A stretch of 63,795 nt of DNA, the filler included. It is 4 parts of 4 records of this genome, joined end to end, with 100 filler letters (N's around TTAATTAATTAA, not from the genome) between each part and the next. Parts side by side here need not be neighbours in the genome. Positions count along the whole stretch, not along the records: positions 1 to 28,376 come from DRR723986_7685; 3 more parts are not named here. One strand, 5' to 3'. Positions 10,762 through 20,626 of the stretch are shown in pieces; the first letter of the stretch is position 1, and each line of letters begins with the position of its first letter. A program made the translations under genes and the position numbers. Below the pieces are notes generated by a model. It was not told the origin of the DNA, made no database searches, and was given only the letters and a program-made list of their open reading frames with translations.

Positions 10762-12915
10762 ATGAAACGCATACTTGTAACTTCCGCCCTGCCTTACGCT
10801 AACGGCTATATCCACTTCGGACACGTTGCCGGCTCATTCCTGCCTGCCGATATGTTCGTACGCCACATGCGCCTGCTAGGCATGCCGGTCCTGTACGTAT
10901 GCGGTTCGGATGAAAATGGCGCCGCAATTGCAATTGCCGCCGACCAGGAAGGTGTTACGCCACGCGAGATTGCCGACAAATACCATACGGCCAACGCGGA
11001 CGCTCTGCAGCGCCTTGGACTGAGTTTTGACGTCTACTCGCGTACCAGCAACCCCGAACACGTGCACACCGCGCAGGAGTTTTTCACCGATTTCATGGAG
11101 AAAGACCTGCTCGTTGAACAAGAAGAAGAGCAGTTTTACGACGACAGGTTTCAAAAATTCCTGCCGGATCGTTTTGTGGAAGGAACCTGCCCCAACTGTG
11201 GTTACGAGCAGGCTCGCAGCGATGAGTGTGACAACTGCCTGGCCAAATACGAGCCGCTCGAACTGCTCAACCCCGTCTCAAAGCTGAGCGGAGAAGCACC
11301 GACGCTGCGCAAGACCACACACTGGTACTTCCGCTTTGGAAAATTCCAGGAATACCTGCAGGCCTATATTGACGAGCACAAGCCCACGTGGAAGGACAAC
11401 GTGATCCAACAGTCGCAGTCCTGGCTGAATGCGGGCCTGAACAATCGCCCGGTGACCAGGGACCTGACCTGGGGTGTGCCGGTTCCGCTCGACGCTGCCA
11501 AAGGCAAAGTGATCTACGTCTGGTTTGAGGCTCTGCTGGGCTACATTACGGCCACCAAGGAGTGGGCGGCGGCCCAGGGCAAACCAGAAAGCTGGAAAGA
11601 CTGGTGGCAGAACGAGGGAACTGAATACTCGGCATTTCTGGGTAAGGACAATATCTGGTTTCACACCCTGATGTTCCCGGCGATGCTGCATGCGCGCGGT
11701 GGATATATTCTGCCCAGCAACGTCCCCGCCAATGAATTCCTGAACCTGGAGGGCCTCAAGTTCAGCAAGTCACGCCAGTGGGGCATTGACCTGCGCGAAT
11801 ATTTTGAAGAATTCCCAGAAGAGCGTGACGTAGACGCCCTGCGTTATGCCCTGGCCTTGAGCACGCCCGAAACCAAGGACGCCGACTTCACCTGGAAGGA
11901 CTTTCAGGCGCGTGTTAACAATGAACTGGCCGCCAAGCTCGGCAATTTTGTTAATCGCACTCTTAAATTCCTGGAAAACTATTTTGACGGTGTCTTGCCT
12001 TCCCCGGCGGACGACCTGGAAGAGTTTAATCGCAGTTGGGACGCACTTTGGCAACAGGCGCGCGAGACCGAAGACACAAATCTGCAAGCCAGCCACGCGG
12101 CGCTCGGCGCTGATGAGGTTCAGGTAATTCAGGCCTTTGCACGCGGCGCAGAGCTGGTATCCGCCAAGTACCGCAGCTATCGCTTCCGCGACGCCGTGGG
12201 TGAAACCATGCGGATGGCCGAAGCCGCCAATAAATACTTTAACGATCGTGAGCCCTGGAAAAGCCGCAAGACAGACATGCAGGCTACGGGGCTGACACTC
12301 TACGTTTGTGTGCAGCTGGTACACAGCCTGGCAGTTGCTTTTGCGCCGGTGACACCCGGAGCGGCCGCCAAGATTATGCGTTTCCTGGGGCAGGATATCG
12401 CCAACGCACATTGGAGTCAGATTGGCAAACGCAGCGTTGAGCCGGGAGCCAAGCTGCAAGCCAATGAGATTCTGTTTGTTAAGCTGGAAGACAAGGTCAT
12501 CGAAACACAGGTTAACAAACTGCACGAACGCAGCCGCGCCGCCGAGGCCGCGAATGCCAAAGTCGAAGTCAAATACGACAAGCTGCCGGAGACAATCGAA
12601 TTCGAAACATTCTCAAAGATGGCGCTGCGCGTCGGGACTGTTCTGCAGGCCGAGAAAGTCAGGAAAAGTTCCAAGCTCCTCTGCCTGCAAGTAGATCTGG
12701 GCTTCGAACAACGTCAGATCGTATCCGGAATCGCCAAACACTACAAAGCCGAAGAACTGATCGGCCGTAAAGTCATCGTCGTTGCCAACCTCAAAAGTGC
12801 CAAACTGGCCGGCGTGGAGTCCCAGGGCATGGTGCTCTGCGCTGAAGATCCAGCCGGCAAACTGATGATCGTCTCACCCGACGACTCAATGCCCGACGGC
12901 ATGACTATCAGCTGA
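10762..12915 (+). CDS. metG: Methionine--tRNA ligase with C-terminal tRNA-binding domain
   Basis: TSALPYANG, HFGH (HIGH-type), CPNC...CDNC knuckle, GKDN, KFSKS, C-terminal RQIVSGI...ESQGM. Confidence 0.97.
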   Translation: MKRILVTSALPYANGYIHFGHVAGSFLPADMFVRHMRLLGMPVLYVCGSDENGAAIAIAADQEGVTPREIADKYHTANADALQRLGLSFDVYSRTSNPEHVHTAQEFFTDFMEKDLLVEQEEEQFYDDRFQKFLPDRFVEGTCPNCGYEQARSDECDNCLAKYEPLELLNPVSKLSGEAPTLRKTTHWYFRFGKFQEYLQAYIDEHKPTWKDNVIQQSQSWLNAGLNNRPVTRDLTWGVPVPLDAAKGKVIYVWFEALLGYITATKEWAAAQGKPESWKDWWQNEGTEYSAFLGKDNIWFHTLMFPAMLHARGGYILPSNVPANEFLNLEGLKFSKSRQWGIDLREYFEEFPEERDVDALRYALALSTPETKDADFTWKDFQARVNNELAAKLGNFVNRTLKFLENYFDGVLPSPADDLEEFNRSWDALWQQARETEDTNLQASHAALGADEVQVIQAFARGAELVSAKYRSYRFRDAVGETMRMAEAANKYFNDREPWKSRKTDMQATGLTLYVCVQLVHSLAVAFAPVTPGAAAKIMRFLGQDIANAHWSQIGKRSVEPGAKLQANEILFVKLEDKVIETQVNKLHERSRAAEAANAKVEVKYDKLPETIEFETFSKMALRVGTVLQAEKVRKSSKLLCLQVDLGFEQRQIVSGIAKHYKAEELIGRKVIVVANLKSAKLAGVESQGMVLCAEDPAGKLMIVSPDDSMPDGMTIS

Positions 12916-13302
12916 TCTTCCGGCAGCTAATCTTCCGGCAGCAGACAAAACTGCTGGTGATAATACTGCAGCTGCCAAAACTGCGATTTATCATGCGTGG
13001 CGCCCGCCCGGGCCGGCGCGCAATCTTGCAACGGCCAGACTTGTTTTGAGTTAGATGAATGTACGCGAATGTTCCAGGTCTCTGCGCTATTGCGTGGAGA
13101 CCTGGCGGCTTGCCTGCACGCTACTTTTAATGCGCCAGGTCAACTCCTGCCGCGCACACGCTGCAGGTTTTATCGATTCTGGGTACTAGTCTGGGCACAC
13201 GCTTGGAACAGTAATTTCAGGGAAATACTTTTACCTGTAACGCTTCAGAGGGTCTCCGGTTCTTGCTCCTGAATTTGAACTCGGCATGACAAATTGAAAG
13301 CC

Positions 13303-13848
13303 ATGATGACAGAATTGAGTGACGAGGAATTGTTTGCACAGGTGAAACGCGGCGATGACGTGGCGTTCCGCACTCTGTACCAACGCTACGACAAGCGCCT
13401 GTTTGGCTATTGTTTCCGCGCCTTTGGCAATCGCGAGAGCGCCGAGGATACATTCCAGTCGATCATCATGAAAGTTTTTGAGCATCGCGAATCGTTTGCC
13501 GGCGGCCACTTTGCCGGCTGGCTTTTTACGATCGCACGCAACGAAACAATCAAGGCTCTCAAAAAGCAGCGGCCCACAACGGAACTCGAATCGATTGAGT
13601 ATCAGTTACGGACCGACAGCGACCACAGTAACGATGACGTCTTCATGAAGGACTTCCTCTACAAGGCTATCGACCGCCTGCCGGATGAATTCCGCCGCCC
13701 ACTAATGATGAAATATGTTGATGGCCATACCTACGACGTAATAGCCGAACGGCTTGGTTGCAGTGTTTCACTCGCCAAAGTCCGGGTTTTCAGAGCCAAA
13801 AAGTTGCTCAAAAAAGACATGAACCCCATAATCCAAGAAATACAATGA
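13303..13848 (+). CDS. ECF RNA polymerase sigma factor
   Basis: SDEELF...GDDVAF..LYQRY, AEDTFQ, WLFTIARN; region 4 LPDEFR...YDVIAERLG.SVSLAKVRVFRAK. Confidence 0.92.
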   Translation: MMTELSDEELFAQVKRGDDVAFRTLYQRYDKRLFGYCFRAFGNRESAEDTFQSIIMKVFEHRESFAGGHFAGWLFTIARNETIKALKKQRPTTELESIEYQLRTDSDHSNDDVFMKDFLYKAIDRLPDEFRRPLMMKYVDGHTYDVIAERLGCSVSLAKVRVFRAKKLLKKDMNPIIQEIQ

Positions 13849-14912
13849 AACAGGAAGAACTCTTCGCGAAACTCCTGAACGAAGGCCTGACAGCGGCCGA
13901 GTTGCGCGATCTGAAGGCTCTGCTGGCTGAGTCCCCCGACGCAGCTCATGAACTGCAGCAACTTCAGGCTCTGGAAGAGTCTCTGCGCGATCATGGAGCT
14001 CCCTCCACCCCGCAGACTGATCGCTTTCTGAAGGACATCGAGGACAAAGCTGCCGCAGCGCTTCAACAACGTGGACCGGCCGAAGTGGCCGCCGCAATCG
14101 GCCAGCGCAGTTTTATATCTTCCGCTGTGTACCTGGTTGGCTCCCTGGCCCTGATCCTGGGTATTGCCGGCCTCTCCTTCATGTACCAGTCGAATAATAC
14201 TGACGAAACAATGGCTGTGGAAACGAGTGTTAACACTCCACAGGCAGTCACAGGCAAGCAGGCCGGGAGTCAGCTGCAGGAAAACTCAGTTGTTAACAAC
14301 TCCGCACTTGCAGAGAATAACACGAGCGCTCAGGCCGAAACACAGACTCACTCGTCAGCCGCAGTTGAAACCGAGACTTCGTCCACGAGTCAGGACAACA
14401 ACTCCAACGCGGGCAACGTAATCTCCAATTCAAATTCTGATCCTGCATCATACTATAATCTGGAGTTTAACACGGACAGCAGGCAGAGTGAAGATCCGGA
14501 GGCCCCCATTAATTTGGGTACCCCGAGTAGCCTTTCGGCCACGCTCGACCCACCGGACGGACTTGAACGGAAATTGCAGACGCTGAAGCACAAGCTGGAG
14601 AAAAGTCTGCGCGATGGGGACAACTTTAATTCAGCGCTTAACGCGCGTGCACTGGCCATCTTCTGGCGCGAATGTGGCCCTAAATTCTCGGCCAAGAGTC
14701 GCGAGCATTTTGAGCAGTCGCTCAACTTAACAAACACCCCGTCCCAGGAACTGATCCACGCAGAGACTTTAGGCCACTATGCTCTCCTCCAGGCGCGCAA
14801 CGGCAATCCCGGCGAAGCACGCGAAATGTTAGCAAAGTGTGTCAACACGCTGGAGCGCTTAAACAGCAACAAACTTAACCGCTGGCAAACAGAATTAGAC
14901 AATTTGAGGTAA
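13845..14912 (+). CDS. Putative anti-sigma factor (N-terminal cytoplasmic domain, one TM, Ser/Thr/Asn-rich linker, TPR-like C-terminus)
   Basis: ATGA overlap with the sigma stop; TM AVYLVGSLALILGIAGLSFM; helical TPR-like tail. Confidence 0.7.
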   Translation: MKQEELFAKLLNEGLTAAELRDLKALLAESPDAAHELQQLQALEESLRDHGAPSTPQTDRFLKDIEDKAAAALQQRGPAEVAAAIGQRSFISSAVYLVGSLALILGIAGLSFMYQSNNTDETMAVETSVNTPQAVTGKQAGSQLQENSVVNNSALAENNTSAQAETQTHSSAAVETETSSTSQDNNSNAGNVISNSNSDPASYYNLEFNTDSRQSEDPEAPINLGTPSSLSATLDPPDGLERKLQTLKHKLEKSLRDGDNFNSALNARALAIFWRECGPKFSAKSREHFEQSLNLTNTPSQELIHAETLGHYALLQARNGNPGEAREMLAKCVNTLERLNSNKLNRWQTELDNLR

Positions 14913-14997
14913 ACGAACTTGCCCGCACGTTTCCTGGCGCATCCGCACTCGGTGTACAACTGAATGCGGATGCTGCTTTTTAAAGCATCACCCGACC

Positions 14998-15305
14998 AGA
15001 GCGCTGCGCCCCTCCATTACATTCCGTGGCTTACTTCTTTTCTTTTTGTTAATAGTTGAATCAGGAACCACAAGCTCAACAGCTGCGACAAGAATGCGAA
15101 CACTTCAGTCTGGCGGCCAGTCGCATTGTTAACAATCTTAAGACTCAGAGCATGGTGGTTCGCATTCTTGTCTGAAGGTTTTCAGGCTCAGTGCCTCGAC
15201 GCAGTCTCAGCGACTTTGGGCTTGCGGCGCGGCGATGGACAAAATGATCAAAAGAGCCTGAGACGAACGTGAGGCGTAGCAGAGCGAGCGGCTCAAAGCG
15301 ATCAG
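14998..15305. repeat. Degenerate dispersed intergenic element, copy A (MITE/REP-like)
   Basis: Shares AGCCTGAGAC, CTCAAAGCGATCAG and GCTGCGACA, in the same order, with 40548-40790; internal 15-bp perfect inverted repeat. Confidence 0.55.
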
Positions 15306-15350
15306 GGTTGGGCGATCAGGGTTGGGCGATCAGGATTGGTTGATCAGGGG
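15298..15350 (+). repeat. 14-bp tandem repeat GCGATCAGGGTTGG, 3 copies plus a partial
   Basis: 15298-15311, 15312-15325, 15326-15339 (one mismatch), partial 15340-15350. Confidence 0.9.
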
Positions 15351-15844
15351 CCTTTGACTAATTCATGTTTACGTGTGCGTGTGTCGGTTATCGCGCGAAA
15401 AACCGCTCAGATTTTTTTTTGATTTGCGGTGTAGAAGATAGTGCAAAAATCTGGTATTGTATGGTGCAGTGCTGCGTAGAGTGTTAACTTATTGTGAATT
15501 GGACGCACCTTTGCGTGATCAAGGGGTCCGCCGCTTGCAGGCCCCTGGTCCGCCCCACCTCCTCCTCGGATGCCTCCTGGTCATAGCCCTCCCTCCCTGA
15601 GATTTTCAGGTTATCTGCTTAACAGAACTATTCCCGCGGAGTGACGTGCCTCGTTCGCGATTCTTCGGCCGCCGATACAAGCTTACAGTGTTTATTAGCG
15701 ATTTCACAACTGAAAAGTGTAAACGTTGCGTATTGCATGGGTAAACGGACGGTAAATCCGCATAAACGGCCAAGATTATACGAACATGGTCCGGCCTAAA
15801 AGACAAAGAATCCTGCGCCACATCATCCAGAAACCGCGCAGTGA

Positions 15845-17944
15845 TCAGAGTGCAAACCAGACTTCTACGATTGCAAAACCGCGCTCAAGATTTTCGAGTA
15901 AAGTCGGCAGGTCCGTATCGTCCGCACTATCGGCAAGGCCTGCGTTGTTGATTTCTGAGGGTGAGACGCCCAGTTCGCGGGCGACCGATTCAATAAACTG
16001 ATTGTATTCAGCCGCAATCCGGTGATGATGGCGATACGTGTATACAACTACCGATTCGGGACGCATTAATTCCTGTGACTGCGCAATAATATTTTGTAGG
16101 TCGGGCAACTTGCCATCGCGCGCAGCCAGCCATTCCAGGGGGAAACGGACAACACGTTTCTGCGGCAAGCGCTGATCCGCCTGCACATCAGTTGCCTGGC
16201 TGCCGATGCGTATGAGGCCCGGCGCTGTATCGTAGGTTCGGCCGTTAACGTCTTCAATTGTTAAAACAAACACCAGGTCTGCGTCATTGCCAAACCACAC
16301 TTCGCTGGTGGCCGACACATCCCATTCAATATCTTTGGGTGGAGCGCCTGCACCATTAAACACTTTTAACAAACGCCCATTCTGTTTAATTGACAGCTGC
16401 CAGCCACTGATGCCATCTTCGCTGACGGCGTTAACACTGAATCGAATGTGCGGAGCATTTACATACGGCTGCACGTTTCTCGAAACAGCTGGAGCCAACA
16501 CGCGAACTGGCTGAACTCCAATATCAGTATAAGCAAATTCAACTGGGAGAACCCGCCAGGAACTCGAGGCATTTTGTGAGTTTTCAAACCCGACTTTATC
16601 CGCGTCGGCCAATTGTAAAATATCCTTGAGTTGCGTCCGCAGCGTTTGCTGCCATTCCGAATCCCTGCGTTCAGGGCAGGTAGAACGTACATCAATTGCG
16701 TCCAGCTGCTGTGCCGGCAGTTTACGTAATCGTTGCGCCAAGGTGTCTAGAGAAGCCCGTGGCCCACAATACACGAGTGATTCGTTAAACTGACTCGCAG
16801 GCTCAAATGCAGTCAACTCTTGTCCAGGATCACAAGCCAGGATTGGCAGCAGCTGACGCAACTGAACATGTTCAACAATCTGCACGGGCAAATCTGCGAA
16901 GCTTGTTTCCGAACCATTGGCCAGCACAAATCGCGATTCGATCGAAGCCGACAGCAATGGTTGCGCGGCCGGAATTCGCCTGAGATAACTTTCGTTAAAC
17001 GTCAGACTGCGGATGCGCAGGCGTGCACCTGGATCGACGCGGTCGCTGGTGTCAACTCTGGAACTGTTAAGAATTACGTCTTCCTTGTTAATATCCGCTA
17101 CTACGTCAATCAGAGTATCACGCTTAAATATCTTTTCGATTTCGAGCGGCCACAAAGACGTCTCCCGGCGGCTGAGGCGCAGTGTAAAACTTAAACTGGA
17201 GGACGCCCAATCAACATCGGACTCGATGGAGTTTAGTGCATACATAATTTCAAGACCCGGCGCGATCCAGACATTGTTGCCAATTTCGATATCGTAGAGC
17301 ACACTTCCGCGGAAGCCCAGTGCCAGGGCTGCAGGGTTTAGAAGTTCCGCCGGCGGTGAGTCGGCCGGCTGTCCATTAACAAAATCAGCGTCTTGCGGGA
17401 AAGCGAGTTCGATGCTTTGCTGTACTTCGGATGCGACAATAAAACCCGCATTTAAGGCACCTGAAATGTTGACAGGCCCCAGAAAATCATCTTGTGCAGC
17501 AAAGGGATAGCAGCGCATGCCCGAATGAACATTCAGCATGTGCAACGTAAATGGCAGGCTATAGTTAAACTGACCTGTGGCGCGCCCGGTATCAGTTGCG
17601 TAGGAGAAACTTTCGATAGCATCCAGCTGTCCATCGCTGTACGCATAGTCGCTGCCGAAAGTCCACATTAAATTCGGCGTTAGGTCTACGGTGACTTCAC
17701 CACCAACTGAAGCGGCAAATCCTGAACCGCTGTTGTAGGGTTCGCTGCCAATGCTGGAAGAACGCGGAATTCCGGGCAAACTGTTAAAATCAGCACGCGG
17801 AATCAACACGGCGCCGGAGAGATAAACTCCCAGACGCACATTCGAGGTATCACGCGGTTCCATACAGCAAATATCAGCCGGAGTACAACACCGGATGAGC
17901 AGGAAAATCACAGGTAGAACAATTGCGCTTGGACCCAATTTCAT
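15845..17944 (-). CDS. Outer-membrane beta-barrel protein with degenerate OmpA-like C-terminus; paralog of 20627-22660
   Basis: RLGVY...ADFNSLPGIP, DVDWASSSLSF and GISGWQLSI align with the neighbouring OmpA protein; OmpA D...R motifs not visible. Confidence 0.65.
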   Translation of the reverse strand: MKLGPSAIVLPVIFLLIRCCTPADICCMEPRDTSNVRLGVYLSGAVLIPRADFNSLPGIPRSSSIGSEPYNSGSGFAASVGGEVTVDLTPNLMWTFGSDYAYSDGQLDAIESFSYATDTGRATGQFNYSLPFTLHMLNVHSGMRCYPFAAQDDFLGPVNISGALNAGFIVASEVQQSIELAFPQDADFVNGQPADSPPAELLNPAALALGFRGSVLYDIEIGNNVWIAPGLEIMYALNSIESDVDWASSSLSFTLRLSRRETSLWPLEIEKIFKRDTLIDVVADINKEDVILNSSRVDTSDRVDPGARLRIRSLTFNESYLRRIPAAQPLLSASIESRFVLANGSETSFADLPVQIVEHVQLRQLLPILACDPGQELTAFEPASQFNESLVYCGPRASLDTLAQRLRKLPAQQLDAIDVRSTCPERRDSEWQQTLRTQLKDILQLADADKVGFENSQNASSSWRVLPVEFAYTDIGVQPVRVLAPAVSRNVQPYVNAPHIRFSVNAVSEDGISGWQLSIKQNGRLLKVFNGAGAPPKDIEWDVSATSEVWFGNDADLVFVLTIEDVNGRTYDTAPGLIRIGSQATDVQADQRLPQKRVVRFPLEWLAARDGKLPDLQNIIAQSQELMRPESVVVYTYRHHHRIAAEYNQFIESVARELGVSPSEINNAGLADSADDTDLPTLLENLERGFAIVEVWFAL

Positions 17945-18179
17945 ATCCGCGCAATATACGCAAGACGGCGCTCTTTGGCATGCCTAATTATATATAAAAC
18001 AGGATCTCGCAGGCGTCGCGGTATTGTTTGAAAGTTTTTGAGCAAACAATTTCCTGGATAGAGCAAGGCAATCCGCATGCGCAGCCCGTTAAGCAGGAAC
18101 ACATTCGCTTGGTGGCAGGTTTCCCCTGGGTCCTACCATCAGGGCCTAACTGTCGAGACCAAACTATCAGGGCCAACCG

Positions 18180-20480
18180 TCAGGGCCCAACTGTTAACAA
18201 ACGTGTCACGTTGCGGCGTGCCTGGCTTAAACGCACGTAATAAACGCGATTAGCCACAATTTCTGAGTAATCACTCAACTCCAGGGTGAGACTTGTCTGC
18301 CCGGGCTGCAATAATTCACTCAGGTCAAATAGCTGTTTACCCATGACATCAAAAAATTGCAGCCTGGCTTGTGGTTCATCTGCCAGGTTTGCCATCTCAA
18401 GTGTTAGTTGTGCACCCTGGGAAATTGGATTTGGCGATAGTTCCAACTCCAAGCCGGCGCGCAGCGGATTCAGCAGAACCGGGTTTCCGCGTCCATCAAC
18501 GGGAATGCCGCTTATCTGCAGGACGGTCTGGAGTTGCTCAGGTTCTGCAACTATCTGTTCCCCGGCTGAGCTAAGCAGAATTGGTGTGATAGTTATGTCT
18601 GCCGTTGCGGCGTCGCCGAGCACAGCAGTGAATTGTGTGCGTCCCAGCTCAGAGCCCAATGGAATTGCAGTGCTGCCACTCCATTCTACCATACGCTGAC
18701 CATCAACGATTTCACCGTTTGCCAATGGTGCATCGGGGACGGCGACGGTGGCGTTCATCTGAATCTCAAATTGAAACTCCAGGTCGGCAATTAGCTGAGG
18801 GTTCACGGCTTCGGGGTTTAGAATCTCAACCGGAATTTCAAAGACTTGCCCAAGCTCGGCCAGAATCGTTTCAGGCACGGCCAGACGCAATGGCTCACGC
18901 TGCAGATTATTAACAGTTATTGCAATTGGCCCCAACTCGCGTGAAGAACAGTCCGTCCCATCACGACCAAGTGTGACCTTGACAGAATAATTACCAGACT
19001 GTGAGCCATTCAGACTGTTAAATGTGTATTCCGCAGCTATTGCCCTCGGAATCGGATTACCGTTATACAGCCACTGGAACGACTCATCCGGCCCTGCGCG
19101 CTCTACTCGCATCACAAAATCCGCGCCGTCATCAACAGCAACATTTGGGCCGGCAGGCTCAGATGTCAGAATCGCTTCGCTCGGCATCAAAAAGTTCAGT
19201 GATACGGGAGTTCGAGCGATGTTACAAGGCCCTGTGACTTCGAGTATGTATTCGCCGCTCGTCAAGTCTTCAGTATCTGTGACGACCAATCGACCGGCAC
19301 CGGAAGGGCTAACTTCACCGACGGGCAGATCGCGCAATAACAAGCGTGTACCGTTGGCATCACCGGAGATCTGGTACTCGATGACGACTTCATCGCCGGG
19401 GCAATACACGCTTTTCGTAGAGAGCGCGTTTTCGATAGCCGTTTCTTCACGAACATCGACTTTAAAAGTCAGGGGCTCCGACCAACATCCGTTGGATTGG
19501 GCTCTAACAGAGTACTCGCCGGCATCGTCGGCCTGAAATTCCTCAATAGTAAAATCCAGGTTGCCTTCCAGCTCCTGAATAACTTCACCGCGCGGGTCAA
19601 TCCACTCGATTGAGTCATACCCATTTATCAGAGGGCTCAAAGACGCAACTACTTGCTCGCCGGGGCAATACAAGGCGAATGGTTCTCTTAGAAACTCTAT
19701 TACTAGTGCTTCAACAAAGGTGACCTCGATACCGACTTCCGCGTCCTGAACACAGTTGTTATCCCTGGAAACCGCTTTAATGACGTAACGGATAGTGGAA
19801 GCCGGACGCTGTGGCAAGTTCCTGATAACAAATTCGGGCTGCTGAAGACCATCCAGTTCCGTTCTCCCGTCCAGTATTAGGCTGTACTCAAGCTCACTGT
19901 CCGCGAAGGCCTCAGGCGTAATTTTTGGTGTCGCACTAAGAACCAGAAAGGAATCATCTTCGGCACAGCGCTTCACTTCGCTGGTGTCAGCTGTGAGTTC
20001 GATCTCAAAACGCGGCAGAATCGTAATCTGGACTGTATCTGACACACAAAATACGTTGGCAGTTCGATAGCTGAAATATAGGCTAAACGTGTTGCCAATG
20101 GTCTCTCGATCCTGCAGAGAAAATAGACTGCCAAGTGGCACTTCAGGTACCAGAAACAGGAATTCGTTTGCCTGACGCCCGAAGGTCACCTGAACTCCCG
20201 TTAGGGGCGTCTCAACCATTCGGCTGCCCGGCAGGGCTTCGGCAATCAGAAAAAAGTCCAGTTCGGCGCCGATTCCGGAAGTATCCAGATTCAGAGTCCC
20301 ACTTATGCTGTCTCCGGTGCAGAATTCCGTCTGCTCCAGCCTGATTGAGTCATCTTCTGAATAGGCGGGAATATGAGCCGCAAGCCCAACAAAAAATACA
20401 GCAAGCACGATCAGTGCGCGGCGTGTGTTAACGGCAACTCTACCCTGTCGGGCAGGAAAAGATTTGGTCTGGTGGGACAT
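18180..20480 (-). CDS. Ig-repeat surface protein with cohesin-like domain and T9SS CTD
   Basis: Signal peptide; Ig I-set-like W...DAGEYSV and FQWLYNG...SGNYSV; C-terminal LSPNP...VYYVRL. Confidence 0.75.
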   Translation of the reverse strand: MSHQTKSFPARQGRVAVNTRRALIVLAVFFVGLAAHIPAYSEDDSIRLEQTEFCTGDSISGTLNLDTSGIGAELDFFLIAEALPGSRMVETPLTGVQVTFGRQANEFLFLVPEVPLGSLFSLQDRETIGNTFSLYFSYRTANVFCVSDTVQITILPRFEIELTADTSEVKRCAEDDSFLVLSATPKITPEAFADSELEYSLILDGRTELDGLQQPEFVIRNLPQRPASTIRYVIKAVSRDNNCVQDAEVGIEVTFVEALVIEFLREPFALYCPGEQVVASLSPLINGYDSIEWIDPRGEVIQELEGNLDFTIEEFQADDAGEYSVRAQSNGCWSEPLTFKVDVREETAIENALSTKSVYCPGDEVVIEYQISGDANGTRLLLRDLPVGEVSPSGAGRLVVTDTEDLTSGEYILEVTGPCNIARTPVSLNFLMPSEAILTSEPAGPNVAVDDGADFVMRVERAGPDESFQWLYNGNPIPRAIAAEYTFNSLNGSQSGNYSVKVTLGRDGTDCSSRELGPIAITVNNLQREPLRLAVPETILAELGQVFEIPVEILNPEAVNPQLIADLEFQFEIQMNATVAVPDAPLANGEIVDGQRMVEWSGSTAIPLGSELGRTQFTAVLGDAATADITITPILLSSAGEQIVAEPEQLQTVLQISGIPVDGRGNPVLLNPLRAGLELELSPNPISQGAQLTLEMANLADEPQARLQFFDVMGKQLFDLSELLQPGQTSLTLELSDYSEIVANRVYYVRLSQARRNVTRLLTVGP

Positions 20481-20535
20481 GTGAATCCGGCCAGGATGGT
20501 CTTGATCGGAATTTTGCATAACACCTTTAACCGCC

Positions 20536-20567
20536 GAGCCCCGAGAGCGTTACAAGCTTCGGGGCTC
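20536..20567. terminator. Strong intergenic hairpin between the two cargo/OmpA gene pairs
   Basis: GAGCCCCGA...TCGGGGCTC 9-bp perfect stem. Confidence 0.5.
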
Positions 20568-20626
20568 TATCTTAAATTCAGCCAAAAAACCGCGAAAGCG
20601 GATTTGATCCGGATCAGTTCAGTGGG

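Noticed and set aside
12911-12942. 15-bp direct duplication GCT(G/A)ATCTTCCGGCA at the metG stop
   Set aside because: Two copies only; no associated element, likely local slippage
15500-15610. C/G-skewed stretch considered as tRNA, SRP, RNase P or 6S RNA
   Set aside because: No diagnostic motifs found by eye; no tRNA or rRNA was recognised anywhere in the window
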